A DNA stretch of 64,000 bases from Lama guanicoe (taxonomy: Eukaryota), in NCBI GenBank assembly GCA_013239625.1, contig MU053216.1:2260943-2324942 (forward strand), in the 5' to 3' direction. Under the pieces are notes generated by a model that made no database searches, had not been told where the DNA came from, and saw only the letters and a program-made list of their open reading frames with translations. The position numbers and the translations under genes were made by a program. Below, in pieces: positions 12,980-25,467 of this stretch (its first letter is position 1; each line of letters opens with the position of its first letter).

Positions 12980-13900
12980 GTCAGAGCGCCTGACCCTCCG
13001 GCCTTCCCTCTGTGTAAACCAGCGCCCGCCGGTGACAGGTGGAGCCCGCCGGCCCAGCAGCGCGGGCGGCACGTGTGGCCCTGCCTGCCCGCCCCGCAGC
13101 CCAGGGCCTGAGCACCCTGGGGCGGGGGAGGGGGAGACCCATCACGTCCGCTGCTTCATCTCCAGGAGAACAAAGCGCCAGCCTGGCAGTTCGGGATCAC
13201 GTCAGAAACTCAAGACGACGTTATTTGCGAGAAACATCCACGCAAGGGGAGCCCCTTCCCGGGGGGACGGCAGCGCGGTGAGTGCAGGCCTGAGGGCCTC
13301 CAGGGCGGCCGGGGCTCCGGGTACAGCTGTGGTCCCGGACAGGGACGAGCACAGCGATTCACAGGAAGGCAGGTGCCGTGAAAAGGAGAAACACCGCAAG
13401 CCCCTGCGCAGGGGCGTCCGCGGGGAGCAGGGGCGTGCCGGAAGGCCAGCTCGGGCTCGCCGGCAGGGCCGGTTAGCTAGTGACCCGGCCTCGGCCTTCG
13501 CCACGCTGCTGTGCGACGTGCCTGGTTGTGCGTCACAAACGTCCAGTTCACTCTCCTTGCCTAGTGGAGAGCAAGAACGCGTGTACCTAAAACGCCCTGG
13601 CGCGCCCCGGCCCGTAGGGGGCACGCCAGTCTTTCACGCCGTCTGTGTCCAGCTCACCGCTGACTCGCCCAGGCGGAGGGCTTAATTAACTACAACAAAA
13701 ATGTGCCATCGGTCCCTCTCCGAAAGGGACCCTGGAATGTCCCCAAACTAAACGGGGGCCCAGCTCCGTCGGTTGTCACTTTGGGATTCCTTCTTGCAAA
13801 CTTTCAAACAGCCACACACGGGTCGCCCTGGCCAGGAACGCCGGGGGGAGGCGCCCGAGAGCGCTGCACGGCTTCACGGCTGCTGCCAGCTTGAGTCTGC
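12980..13900. promoter_or_regulatory. CpG-rich island-like segment
   Basis: Visibly high GC and CpG density. GC box GGGGCGGGG at about 13119, AP-1 site TGAGTCA at about 12977. Function not demonstrated. Confidence 0.5.
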
Positions 13901-14377
13901 AAGAACTGTGCCCGCTCCTCAGGGGAGGGACGGGGCTCCTCTGCCTCTTTGCCGACGGCTCATTCCTTAACTTGTCCAGCTGACGGTTCCTGAGTGTTCA
14001 CTACGTGCCAGCGCCTTGTGTGCTGCTCAGTGTGACCTGCAGATGAGCCTACAACGCTGCTGTTTTTTGAGTATGTCGAATTAATGGCACCATTAAGAGA
14101 AAAGTCCTACGAGTGATTACTGTTTTCCTATTTTAAATCTGTTTCTTCTGTCTTACAGCATAAGCTTTGGGGAGCAAGTACTGAATCAGGCTGCTCTCAT
14201 TCCTCCTCCTAGACACTGCCCCTGTGGAAGGCCCTCAGTGTTTTCTGCAGGTATGAACTCAGATACAGACAGCTAAGTGTACAAGTGTAACAGTCATTCA
14301 TTAGAGCCAAAGGCTAAATGTTGACTGACCGAGTGTAATCAAGGAGAAAATGCCCCGTTTATAGTCAAGTCACTGCA

Positions 14378-14430
14378 GCCACCCATCCATCCAACCACCC
14401 ACCCATCCGCCCTTCGATCCACCCACCCCT
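14378..14430. repeat. Degenerate (CCCA/TCCA)n low-complexity repeat at an L2 tail
   Basis: CCACCCATCCATCCAACCACCCACCCATCC, followed by L2-like sequence. Confidence 0.7.
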
Positions 14431-14675
14431 TCAGTCATCCACTGATTTATTTCTCCATCAGTCTATTGATATCCTACCATGTGTCAAGTGTAACGCTAGA
14501 TGCTAAGGATAAAAGAGTAAATAAAACAGACAAATGCAAAGGAAGTAGCCACACAGACATACATGGAGCCGAGTGAGAAGAGGTTGCCTCCGATTACACT
14601 CCTCTGAGCAGGTGACGTGTAAGAGAATTCTGGTTATCCTGCAGGTGAAAGGCTCTAGGCAGAGGGGGAGCGTGG
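14430..14675 (-). mobile_element. LINE-2 3' fragment
   Basis: CCTACCATGTGTCAAGTG...GCTAGATGCTAAGGATAAAAGAGTAAATAAAACAGAC is the typical L2 3' end read antisense. Confidence 0.7.
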
Positions 14676-14685
14676 TGACGCCTCA

Positions 14686-15084
14686 CGTACTGGGTTGAAC
14701 AGTGTCCTCGCCAAAATTCACATCTGCCCAGAACCTCAGAACGTGACCGTAGTTGGACACAGGCTCTTTACAGATATAAGCAAGTTAAAATGAGCTCATA
14801 CAGGATTGGGGTGTGCCCTCATCCAGTGACTAGCATCCTTGTACAAAGTGAGAAGTTTGGACACAGACACAGGGCAGAAGGCCATCTGATGTCAGAGGCA
14901 GACATTATCTGTTTCCCCGAGATGAGGCAGCGAGGGAGTCTCCCCTAGACCCTTCAGTGGGAGCACGGCCTTGCCAACACCTTGGCTTTGGACTTCCAGC
15001 CCCCTAAACTGAAAACGTAAAATGCTGTTGCTAAAAGACATTCAGATGGTGGTGCTGTTATGGCAGCCGCAAGGAATTGACACA
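14686..15084 (+). mobile_element. MaLR solo LTR, MLT1C-like
   Basis: GGGTTGAACAGTGTCCTCGCCAAAATTCACATCTGCCCAGAACCTCAGAACGTGACC...GCCAACACCTTGGCTTTGGACTTCCAGCC...GTTATGGCAGCC...GACACA. Confidence 0.88.
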
Positions 15085-15819
15085 CCCGGGAAACGTCAGA
15101 AGACACGTCCTAGAACCAGGAGGTAGGTCACGTTAGACGCGTACTGCTTTTGCCTTCCTGACATCCAGTCCCACTTTTTCTAGTTCATTATTTATTATAA
15201 AGTCAGTTCTTTCTCATTTATAGCCGTCATTTGGGGTGGGACCTGCCTCGGCCCAGGATCTGGCCTATAAGTCAGACTCAGGCGCAAAGAATACTATGGC
15301 CAGTTCAGAGGTGGCCATGATTCAAAGGGAATCGCTAAAACCTGAGAAGCGTGGGCACCAAGGTTGCTGATAACGTTCTGTGGGCTTAGTAACCTCCCGC
15401 CCGGTGCTACGGTCCTGGGAAACACCGCATCTTTCAAAATCAAATATAGATGTTTCCTGGTCTGCAGAACCTCTCTGCTTCCTTTTCACAGTGTTAATCG
15501 CCACCCTTCGCTTGATTTCCTTACCTGCCAGCTTAGTTCATTCTTACTTGCTGAGCTCCTGCCGTGTTTGAGGCACTAGACCACACAGCAGAGATTCAAG
15601 GAAAAATAGATGAGGGCTGCCGCTCTCGGGGAATTTGTAAATAATTTGGCAAGAAATAAGATGAACCAGCAATATCACCTAAAACATGGTGCAACAGCGT
15701 GTGCATCCTCAGAAACAAACATTTCAAATTGGTCACTGACAGCAAGAGCGGTCAGAGCAGGCAGACAGCTAGACGTGCGCAGAGACAGCGGGGCACGGGC
15801 CAAATGCAGGAAACCGCAC

Positions 15820-16353
15820 GTCTTGTGAACAACGGGGGTCCCTGGGCAGACAGAGAAAAGCAGGAGCCTCGGGACTGAGAATAGATCCCACATTTCAGGG
15901 TGACCAAGTGTCCTGGAGGCCGACAAAGAAAAGTGGGAAAGGCAGGAATCTCTGGCATCTGAATGTAACCTTTTGTTCATTATGCCCCCATTACAATAAA
16001 ATTAGCCTTGCAGGTTAGGAGTACCCATCATGCACTGACGCCCTGACACTTACCATCCAGATTAAACAAGGACAAAAATCCCTCCTCCCCTCGGGAAGGG
16101 GGAGACGGGATGGAAATCAGGGACTGAGACCCCAGACCCCTCCCTCCCCAGTGAGTATTCCGCCCACTCATTTTTACTCCGTGTCACCAGCTTGCCAAAG
16201 AAACTCAGGGCAGCCGCTCATCCGAGCCTGCCCGCTCTCCCTGTGCAAGTGTCCTTGCCATCCCTTAGTAAATCCTCACTTGGCTTCCTTGACCTCTGTG
16301 TCTCATCTCTGGATTTTTTCCACCACAAGACAAGAAGCTATTCTCCGGCAACA
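15820..16353 (+). mobile_element. Probable ERV1-class solo LTR (5' boundary uncertain)
   Basis: U5-like end CTTGACCTCTGTGTCTCATCTCTGG...AAGACAAGAA...CTCCGGCAACA (terminal CA). AGTAAA poly(A)-signal-like motif at about 16267. Confidence 0.6.
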
Positions 16354-16599
16354 GAACCACATTCTCGACGAAGGTACATGCTTCATAGGAGGCATGCATG
16401 TGTCCTGAGAAGGAAGCCACATCTGTGTGAGCCGATGAGCCACGGAGGCTGAGTGGAGGGGCCTCCACGGGGAGGAGCCATCAGAGAGCAGGAGAAGAAT
16501 GAAGCGTCCACCCGGACGAGGGCACGTCAGCATCAGCACGGGGGGGACGGCGCTGCCCCAGACCAGGAGGACGGGGCAGAACAAAAGCCAGTGCAGCGG

Positions 16600-16790
16600 A
16601 CATGAACAGGGAGTTTAATTGGAGCAGAGAAATAACAACAGTAAAAGATATACAGAGGAGATTCGACGAGTGTAAGATTGCTCTTCCTAAGAAAGAAAAC
16701 AAAAGCACTGGGGCAGAAAACACATTGGAAGAAAATTAAAAACAAGCATTGAATAACAGACACAGATACACGTCTAATAAGATGCCACAG
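16600..16790 (+). mobile_element. Possible ancient L1/HAL1 ORF1 remnant
   Basis: A-rich. One frame reads KDIQRRFDECKIALPKKENKSTGAENTLEE, resembling the ORF1 segment RRxNIxIIGVPEEExxxxGAExIFEE. Confidence 0.4.
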
Positions 16791-18569
16791 AGACAGGAAG
16801 GAAAACAGGGAGAGAAAGAGGATGACGGAGTCAAAGCTGGGATGACGCCCGAAGCTAAGTCAGTATTTTTTTTAAATCAGTATGATTCCGATTTCAGTCC
16901 ATTCTGATAGCGGTTCCTGAACACAGGAGACAGTGAGGGGGTCCCTGAATCAGGTTAGGTGGAATTTTGAAAATGCCCACCACAGAGTGGGGCTGCCCGA
17001 AAAAACTGCCCCACCATCCCCGGGGGGGTGGAGCGCCATCCTGGGAGTTCTTCCTGCAGAAAGTTCCAGCACAAGGAGAGCCCAGCCCGCGTCCCTGTGG
17101 AAACCGGCCGGCAGGGACTCCCGGCAGACTCCAAGGTAGTGAAACACAACACGGGTGAGCAAATACTTTTGCAGAGGAGCCACAAAAATATGAGGCTACT
17201 GACACAAAAGCAAAAATAAACATAAGCAAAGCAAAGCTGGTGCCCCCTCCTCCAAGAAGCCTCTTCCAGCCTCAAGAGGAAAAAGTAAAACAAATCTAGC
17301 AAAACTCAGATTCATCTCCGAAGAGCTGTAAGTAAGTGTAACTTCAATGAAGCAAGCGGTCCTTACAGCTTCTGTGCTGTGGGTCGCTGGAGAAAATCAC
17401 TAAAAGGGCAGATAAAGCAAAGTGCTGGCTTTCAGCACCGCATGCCCGGGGAAGTCAGCACTGCGTTCTGCCCTGGACGGTGCCCGGGACGAAGGGGGCT
17501 GGTTCACATTTTCACGAGGAAGGAGAAATTCAATGCAGAAGCATCTCTCTGGAGTGGGTAACTGAAACGAAGCAGATAAGGTGGAGGAGGGGTGTCCAGG
17601 CCAGCCCGAGGTGTTCGAAAGTCTTCCTGGACAAGAACGCTTCTCCCGAACTGGCTGCTCTGGGACAGAGGGACCAGATGTTGGCGGAGGGGGACTTTCA
17701 AATGAAAATAAAAATAGCAAGGAATGCTGACGTCAGCAGCCCAGCATTTTTGAAAAACCACAAGTGATTTGGTATGATCATCTCCGAAGGTTGAGCAAGA
17801 CCTCACTAGGGAAGGGCCTGGGGGGCCGAGTATTGTTGGCAGAGGGAACAGGGAGGACCCGGGGGGGAAGACGGGGCCAGGTGCGTCTGCGGACCTGAAG
17901 GGAAGCGGCGGGGCTGCAGAACTCTGAGCAGGAGGCGGCGCGGGGGTCAGGCTGGGTGAGGGGGGCCCTCAGGCTGTGACTGGGGCGAGTCAAGGATTTC
18001 TGTGTTGATGAAAACGGGTTGAGGCTTTTACAGTCCCTCCCCAGGGAAAGCTGTTGGCAGCATAACCAGCCTAAGTTTTGTGGCCCGTGTTGCTCAGCCT
18101 CGGGGACAACCTGTGAAGGAAGGAAAGCCACACCGCGTGCTGGAGGCACACGAGCGGCCAGCTACCCCAGGGCGTTCATTTCCTTTCCCAGAGAGCCCCA
18201 GCCTCGTCCTCTACTCGTGTTGTGTTCAATTGTTCAGTGCGTTGTTGTCTGTTCCTTTTCCGGCTGCTAACTTGTGCGGCCCCCTTGAGGGGTGAAATTA
18301 GCTGCACTGAACATTCTGGACAGGAGACAGCAAGCCCTGGGCCGGGGACTGGACCCGGGCAGCCTGGCTCTCCACGGAGCCCGTCTGAGGCCATGCGCGC
18401 CTGGGCACCCCCCTACTCCGGGGGGCCTGCTGTGAGAGCAGGAGTGGTACTGATGACCCCTCTGCCTTTAAGAAAAGGACGGCTGTGGCCTGGTGGCCCA
18501 AACAAGGACTCCGGGGTCCAAAAGGCCTGCCTTTGAGACTCCGCGCGGTTGTTATCAGCTGGATGACAG

Positions 18570-18692
18570 GGAACGTCCTTCACCCCATTTTCCTTATCCG
18601 TAGGCAGGAGGTGATGCCCACTTCAGATGCTTAGTGAATTAACACTGCAGATGTTTAGGGGGGACCTGGCCCGGACTGGGCGCTCAGTAAAT
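18570..18692 (+). mobile_element. MIR SINE fragment
   Basis: TTTTCCTTATCCGTAGGCAGGAGGTGATG...CCTGGC...GGGCGCTCAGTAAAT resembles the MIR core and 3' end. Confidence 0.6.
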
Positions 18693-19865
18693 CACAGCCC
18701 CTCACTTATCCAGCGACTTTGTTACGTGTTATCACGTAACAGTGAGTTAGGTAAGGCGTGAGCTCTACTTTGAGGTCTTTTTTCTAAATGAAATAGCGAT
18801 GAGCTCCTGGAATCACAGCAACAAGCTTTATCCTCGAAGGGCGCGGTGTGGCCTTCCTGGGGGGCCTCGTCCGTGGCCGCAGGGCTGCCGGGGCCCCTCT
18901 GACGAGCGTCCCCAGGTGGCTCTCTGTCGGACCGGCAGCCCGCTGGGCTCCACTCTTAGCTTTAACGCGCCGTTGCTTTTCCCTCCGTCACGAGGACCAG
19001 AGGTTCCCGCTGGTTAACACGCTGCGTACCGTGCCGTGGAGCTCGTTTAAATCAAGGCGCTACGTGAGAACGTGCAGGAAGTATATAAAAACCGTTTGAC
19101 TTTTTAGACGTTTCCATAGTTTTTTGCATAAACACCTAGGGGACGTCTTCCAGATCTGCCCAGCGATCTGTCACAGCGACTCCAATGGAAATACAAACAC
19201 AGCAGGCGAGTCTCAAGAAAAACGGTAAAAGCCAGGGACTCAGACCCACAGGGGGCCCTGTCCTGCGCGGCGTCTCTTCCACAGGCTGGGTTTTGTGCCT
19301 GGGTGGTCACTTGTCTGCGGGCGAGAAGTACACTGTCTCAGCTGCTGCTCTTGCATACGGGGACGCTGCAGAGCCTTGATGGCCGAGACGTGGCGCGGTG
19401 CACGCAGAGCCGGCGTGCGTGACTTGTGCACAGGACATCATCGTGCCCCGTCCGGGGCCGGCACGCAGCCCCGCAGCTCCGGAGACGGGAGCCGCTCATT
19501 TGTTTGCCAAGGGGATGGTCTGAGATCGGCATTCAGATCTGCACTCTAAGTCATAACGCTGTGCTAAAGCTCTTCAGTCACTCGAGTGTCCTTCTCCTAA
19601 AGCCTGACGGATGCTCTCAGTCTTCGACGGTCAGTGTGTGAACTAGGGTCTTAGCTCTGGTAACTTCTAAAATTTTTTTCGTGATGGCAACTGAAGAACT
19701 GTCTTTGCAGTAGGTGTTACATGAATTAAATGCCTAAAACTCATTTAAGAGAAAACATTCTGAGGCCCTTTGCATGCCTGTATCCACTCTTGTGTGTTTC
19801 ACTGTCAAAAACATTTACTATTTCTCAAATACCTTTAAGAACATGGAGATTTAAAAAGATAATGA

Positions 19866-19956
19866 GGGGGGAGGGTAGAGCTCAGGGGTAGAGGGTCTGC
19901 CTAGCATGCACAGGGTCCTGGGTTCAATCCCTGGTACCTCCATTAACAACAACAAG
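19866..19956 (+). mobile_element. Vic-1-type tRNA-derived SINE (camelid)
   Basis: GGGGGGAGGGTAGAGCTCAGGGGTAGAG (A box)...GTCCTGGGTTCAATCCCTGGTACCTCCA (B box), (AAC)n tail, flanked by a target-site duplication (AAGATAATGA ending 19865; AGGATAATGA ending 19967) at a TT/AAAA site. Confidence 0.9.
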
Positions 19957-20092
19957 AAGGATAATGAATTAGCCAAGTTGAGGAAACCCTTCTTATCCTT
20001 TGTGTTCAATTCCAAAGTAGGAGACGATGGTACCTTTGGATTAGTAACAAATAGACACGCCTCCAAAATGCTCAGACATTTGCTTTTGGCAG

Positions 20093-20101
20093 AGAGAGAG
20101 G

Positions 20102-20142
<41 letters not shown>
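20093..20142. repeat. (GA)n + (GT)n microsatellite
   Basis: Direct reading. About 19 uninterrupted GT units. Confidence 0.98.
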
Positions 20143-20145
<3 letters not shown>

Positions 20146-20639
20146 GTCTCTATAAATAATGAACAGAAGGGTGAAGAAAAAGGAGACAAATTGGCCAAAG
20201 GCCAAATCCATATTTGGCTGCTTGGATTTTAGCACTGATTTTACTTTAGTTTTCTGACTACAGGAAGTCTTAGGAGAGCCTGCCAGCCCTCACCAGCAGG
20301 TGGCACGCCTTTGATAGCCCCTCTTCTCTGAGTGCAGGACTCATCTTCGTCGCCTGTCCTTTGCCAAATACCTGTCCCTTTTGGAGCCCTTCCTCCCCCA
20401 GCCACGCTGGCTGTTTCTCCCTGGAGGCCATCCTGATGCCTCGTCTCATCAGGGTTAAATCACAAGTTGCATTTATTTCTTTTTCTCTCCTGGAGTCTCA
20501 GTTTATACATTTTTTACCTTTTTTTTTAACCTTTGTCTGACGGGTGCCCAGCATAGCATCTGGTTGTTCATTAAATGCTCAGTGTGGGGAAAAGGTAGAT
20601 AAAGAGTAAACTGTCCCCTGATCCAGCTGGGCCTCAAAG

Positions 20640-22620
20640 TTCATTCATTCATTCACTCAGTCAGTCATCCAGAAATACTCCTTGAGCACCTACGACCCCC
20701 TGAGCACTGTGCAGGGTTAGTGAGCAAAACAGACAGACTCCCATCCCTTTCTGATAAGAGATGAAGACAGCAAGCAACAGAGAAACGTCAGGTTGTGGTC
20801 AGTGGTCTGAAGGAAATAAAACACAGTAGACAAATGGAGGGGGCCCCAGATTGGGAGGTGCTGTCTTACAGAGAGCAGTTCCAAGAGGTCGAGCACCTCC
20901 GCTGAGGCTGTATTTGGGCAAAGACCTAAAGGACGGGTGGAAAGTGATGATGCAGGCGGCAGGCCAGAGGGGAGGGGACTGCCGGGCGCAGAGGAGGCAG
21001 GCAGCGCAGAGGTCTGTGCAGAACGGTACTGGCTGCGCTCAGGGACCAGCACCGAGGCCGGGCAGGCCAAGGTGGGTGGCAGCTCGCTAGGTCTCAGGCC
21101 TTTTAGGTCGGCGTGTTTAGTCTATGGCAAAGGGTTGGGATTTTATTCTGCGTGCGATGGAAATATTAGAAGGTTTTGGAACGTAAGGTTGACATGATAT
21201 TAAATCATGATTGATGTGACTTAAGCGTTGGAAGTCCCACCCTGATGCTGAGGTAGAAAAGCTTGCCTGGGAGCAGTGGTGCACACGGGACCCGCGCCAG
21301 GAGGTGACGGCGGCGAGGAGGGGGCGCGGCAGCTCAGGCCCAGGCTGCAGGGCCGGGGTGGGTCTGGGCTGCGGAGAAGGCAGAGCCCCGGAGCTCCTAA
21401 CGGAGTGAAAGGGATGGTCAGAGGCACGTCTGAGTGAAGGGCTCCCTCCTGGTCTGGGCTTGACCACCTGGTAGATGGCCCCGCTCCATCCTCAGGAGGG
21501 AATGCCGCGGGAAGAGCTGGTCCGGGGCCGTGAGGGAGCAGCGGAACCGGAGCTCTGCTCCGGACGACCATCAGGAGAAGGTCCCTGCGCCCTGCGGGCC
21601 CCCGACCAGGTCTGAGAACGAGACGGACGCAGACTCACAGGGGAGAAGCCTAGACAGATTCTTACACTTTTTTACGCATGTGGAGTTTTCACAAGAGTGA
21701 AGACCTGAAGAAATAAGTGAGCAGAGCAGGAAACTCCAGTACCTTTCAGACAAGAACTGACAAGACTAAGGGGCTTGGGCTGGGAGAGTAAAGGGTGAAG
21801 CAGCCAGAAGGTCAGGGTGAGTTTGACAAGGTTTGTTTGCACACATCTTCTGGCCCCAGACTCCTTGTCTCTGGCGGTAAGAATCTGCTCCCTCCTCCTG
21901 GTACCCGGGGGTCATCGTTCACACAGGAGCCTCATGACCCATTCCCAGAAGAAGGGAGAGTGGGCACAGGCCGTGTGACTGCCCTGCTTCTGCCTTTTGA
22001 AAGTTTCTTTGGCTAAAGGAATATTTAATATATAGTATTTAATATAATGTATTTAATATTTACTATATCAAGGTGCCATCTTTGGGGTGGCACATCCTGA
22101 ACCCCATCCAAGGATCACGCTGAGCTGCCCCTCCGACATGCAGGGTGGCATGTGGAGCAGGAGACAAAGTGAGTTGTCAGTACGAGGACAACGTGGGACT
22201 AGAGACATGACTGGGTGGACGTCATCGGCCTGTGAATGGCTTTGTAAGTCACGGGAACGGGTGGAGACTGCATACTGACTGTACATGAAGAGAGAGACCA
22301 GAGGATGGAGGCCTGGGCCCTTCAGTGTTTAGTCAAAATAAGTGGAAAAGAAGAGGATGGAGCAAAAGCAGTGCTCCTCTGCCTCCGAAGCCCAGGGAGC
22401 TGAAGTCTGCAGGATGGTGGCCGTCTGGGTCCAACCTGCTGAAGGCAGGGTAGGCCAAGAGCTGAGGATTATGCATTGCACGTGGCAATGACACTGACAT
22501 GATCAGATTCCATACAGTGGTGGGGGGTGCAGCCTGACTGGAGTGTGTTCAGGAGAACTGAGGGAGCAGACGGAGCAGTAAGCACAGATTACAGGAGATT
22601 TACTCTAAAAGGGGTAGATA
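20640..22620 (-). mobile_element. LINE-2 remnant interrupted by an LTR
   Basis: (TTCA)n tail, then AAATACTCCTTGAGCACCTAC...GAGCAAAACAGACAGACTCCC; GGGATTTTATTCTGCGTGCGATGG; GCAGCCTGACTGGAGTGTGTTCAGGAG. Purine-rich antisense L2 signature. Confidence 0.75.
21570..22110 (-). mobile_element. ERV1-class solo LTR (MER34-like)
   Basis: Minus strand begins ...GGGGTTCAGGATGTGCCACCCCAAAGATGGCACCTTG, a typical MER34-group LTR 5' end. Internal AT-rich triplication of TATTTAATAT at about 22020-22065. Confidence 0.7.
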
Positions 22621-23381
22621 AATAAGGTGCGGCTGGACGCGGATTTGGGTGAAAGGGAAGATTATTACCTTTTTAGCTTCTAATCTTGAAATGACAGTAG
22701 ATGCATAAGATGCCGCAGAAGCACTGCCGAGATCCCGGTGCCCTTCACCGAGCCTCACGGTGACATGAAAGATTTTAAGATCAGATGTGTTACATTTTTG
22801 AGTCCTTATGAGAATCATCCAGTGCCCTGGGGAGAATGGGTGCTGTAGGGTAAACGGAGGAACTGCATCTGCAAAGCCCTTTGGGAGTGAAGTGGTGAGA
22901 CTTGGCGCACACGTGGAGAAGCTGGGCTCAGGCCTGAGCGTGGCAGTGTGCACGGAAGGACACGCTCTGCGTGGTCCACGCATTTACTGGTGGGAACTTT
23001 TGTGAATTTTCATCCGATTGCACCTGTTTTCTCATGAAATAAGCTGAGCACGTGCAGGTGTGAGGAGAGATGCTGGCTTGGAGATCAAGTGAGAGCGTCA
23101 CCTAGAAGAGGGGCATTCTCGGGACCAAGAAGACGCAGTGGGATCGCTGTTAGCCGTAAGGTCACACTAGTAAAGCGGGACTAGTCAGTCTCAGTATGTT
23201 TTTCTTTAGTTACATTCTGTTGTTTGGGTGCAGGGTTGGGGTTTCAGCCAGGAAGTAGAAGAGAGAGAGACAGTGGTCAGATCACAGGAGAGGGGTCTGA
23301 GGAGGGATTTCTATGGGCGGGGGGGAGGGGGTCATGGAATCTAAACTGAGTAAGGAGGGGAGAGAGGACATAAGGTGAAGG

Positions 23382-23500
23382 ATGGTCAGTGGGCTGGAAG
23401 TCCCAGCAGAGGCAGACATCTTTGGAGTTCAGACGTGAGAAGAATGGTCACTGGGCTGAGAGTCCCAGCAGAGGCAGACATCTTTGGAGTTCAGACGTGG
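23382..23500. repeat. Two-copy tandem duplication, period 62 bp
   Basis: ATGGTCA(G/C)TGGGCTG(GA/AG)AGTCCCAGCAGAGGCAGACATCTTTGGAGTTCAGACGTG starts at 23382 and at 23444. Confidence 0.95.
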
Positions 23501-23599
23501 GAGTGAGTGAGCGGGAAAGGCAGTGTGGAAACCAGAGAGGGGCGTCTGAAGGGGTCTGTGGAGCCAGTGCAGCGCTGGGCACGGTCCCATCTGGATGAT

Positions 23600-24280
23600 G
23601 ACCGTGGGAGGAGGAGCCGAGCTGAGGGTCGCCTAGATGACAGCAGTGGCCGGCGGCTGGAGCCGGGGAGCGAGCCGCGTGGCCCGACGGCGGCGCGCAC
23701 AGGCCGGGACCGGCGGCGCCGGGAGGCCCGCAAGCAGGCGGGGAGAAGCGGGCTCCCCGGGCCCCGCGCGACTCTGCTCGGCAGCTGGGGCTGCAGGAGA
23801 TGACGGGGGTTCGGAGACCGGGCACCTCACAGAAAGGGGGACGCAGCCGGGAATGCGAACGCTAACTCCCTCCCCCGTCCCACCTGTTGTGAGCGTGACA
23901 GGGGAGAAACCATTTTCTGCAGAGGCGGTCACCTCAGGGAGCACCCACACTTGAGTAGCAGGTGAAGATGGTCCCACAGCAGAGGACGCGCGCTGTCTCG
24001 TGGGCCCAGCAGGGGCGTTGGGGCGGTGGCAGGCTCTGAGGATGAATCGTGAGGATTCTTGTGAGGGTTAAAAGAATTTGGATGAAGAGCATAGCAGCAT
24101 TCATTCCGGCGGCGCTTTGAGGGCAGGTGAGCAGCCAGCCTCCTCCCGAGGGCGTGGTCTCTGGCGCCCTTGACGGAGAAGGGGCGATGCTGGCGGACGG
24201 AGAACGGGACCCAGAGAGGCTGCCTTGACCGTCTTTGCCTGACTTTGCCAAGGGTGGCGCAGAAGCCACGCGAAGGACTC
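23600..24280. promoter_or_regulatory. CpG-rich island-like segment (core 23640-23790)
   Basis: Core is almost entirely G/C with dense CpG. Function not demonstrated. Confidence 0.5.
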
Positions 24281-25467
24281 ACAGAAATGTGAATCGCTTC
24301 TGCCCTTAGTGAGACCTCATTTGTTCTGAATAAACTGATTTAGAATTTGTCTTATGTTGGCTGAGCTGAATGGAAGCTGACTATTTTACAGCATTTGAAG
24401 ACAAGGTTTGCTCAGCAAATTAATACAAACGATACCGCAGGTGTTTGACTTACTCAGAAGCACTCTTTCCGTGACATTTGCACGGAAGTGTGTTCCACTG
24501 ATCCTGTTAATTACAAATGAGTCATTTAATTTTAATAAATACATGAGTGTATTTTCACACAGTAAAGTCCTATTTATGATAAACACTCCCCCAGAGTGTG
24601 CCTCTATAGATACAAAAATGCATGCTTATTCTAGCAGGAAATGTGTTTCTAATTTTGTCTCAACAACAGAAAACTTAATCTTCCACTCGGTTTCACCACC
24701 TTAGATAACTAGTGGCATCTAGTCCTGCCTCCTTCCTGGTTTAATTGCACCGAGCACCTAAATCTCTGCCTTTGTGATGACTTGTTAGCCTGTAAGTCGC
24801 CTCCAGACCTCTTCAGAGAAGACGCACGCAGCGTGGTGCGGTATCAGAAGCCCCACAGTGGGAGCCGGTGCTGATCCTGCTGTTCGTTGGCTATCAGACC
24901 TCTAAGAAGTCACTCGGCTTCACAAAACATAAGTTACTCACAGAGACTGAACCAGACGAGCTTTTGAAGTTCCTGTCAGCCCTAAAGTCTATGACCATTA
25001 ACTCTTAAATTAACAACCATATTCCTTTTCAAATGTGGCACGTAGAAAAAGTCTCCCTCAGTTTAATCATTGAAATGAATAAGCATTTACTTATTTAATG
25101 TCATGTTAATGAGGTTTATTAAAACGTGAATGGTACAGAAAGGCCATACCATGTATGTCATACTGCATTCTGTATTACGCAGAACTTTCAAGATAACATC
25201 TTCCTAATTGAAAAGTACATGCATATTGGCTACTGAAAATTTGCAAAATAAACTGAAGACAACAAAAATTTCACTACCAATCCCCAAAAACATTGTTTTT
25301 TTATATATACACTTCTTATCGCTTTTCTATAAGTTATATTAATAAAGTGTCATCCAAATGAATAGTTTTACAAGCTGTTCTGTTTCTCTCATAATAGGTG
25401 TCATTAAAGGAAGGAAGTATTTTTAAAAGATAATTTAAGTTTTCACCTTTAGTCATGGTGGAGTCAT

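Noticed and set aside
12915..13685. Longest ORF in the track (256 aa)
   Set aside because: Non-ATG start, R/G/A/P/S-rich, overlapping ORFs on both strands. Expected from stop-codon scarcity in GC-rich DNA, with no recognisable domain.
19866..19944. Possible tRNA gene
   Set aside because: G-rich 5' leader, simple-repeat tail and target-site duplication indicate a SINE.
23382..23500. CRISPR-like repeat-spacer pattern
   Set aside because: Only two contiguous copies of one 62-bp unit, no unique spacers, no cas genes, mammalian context.
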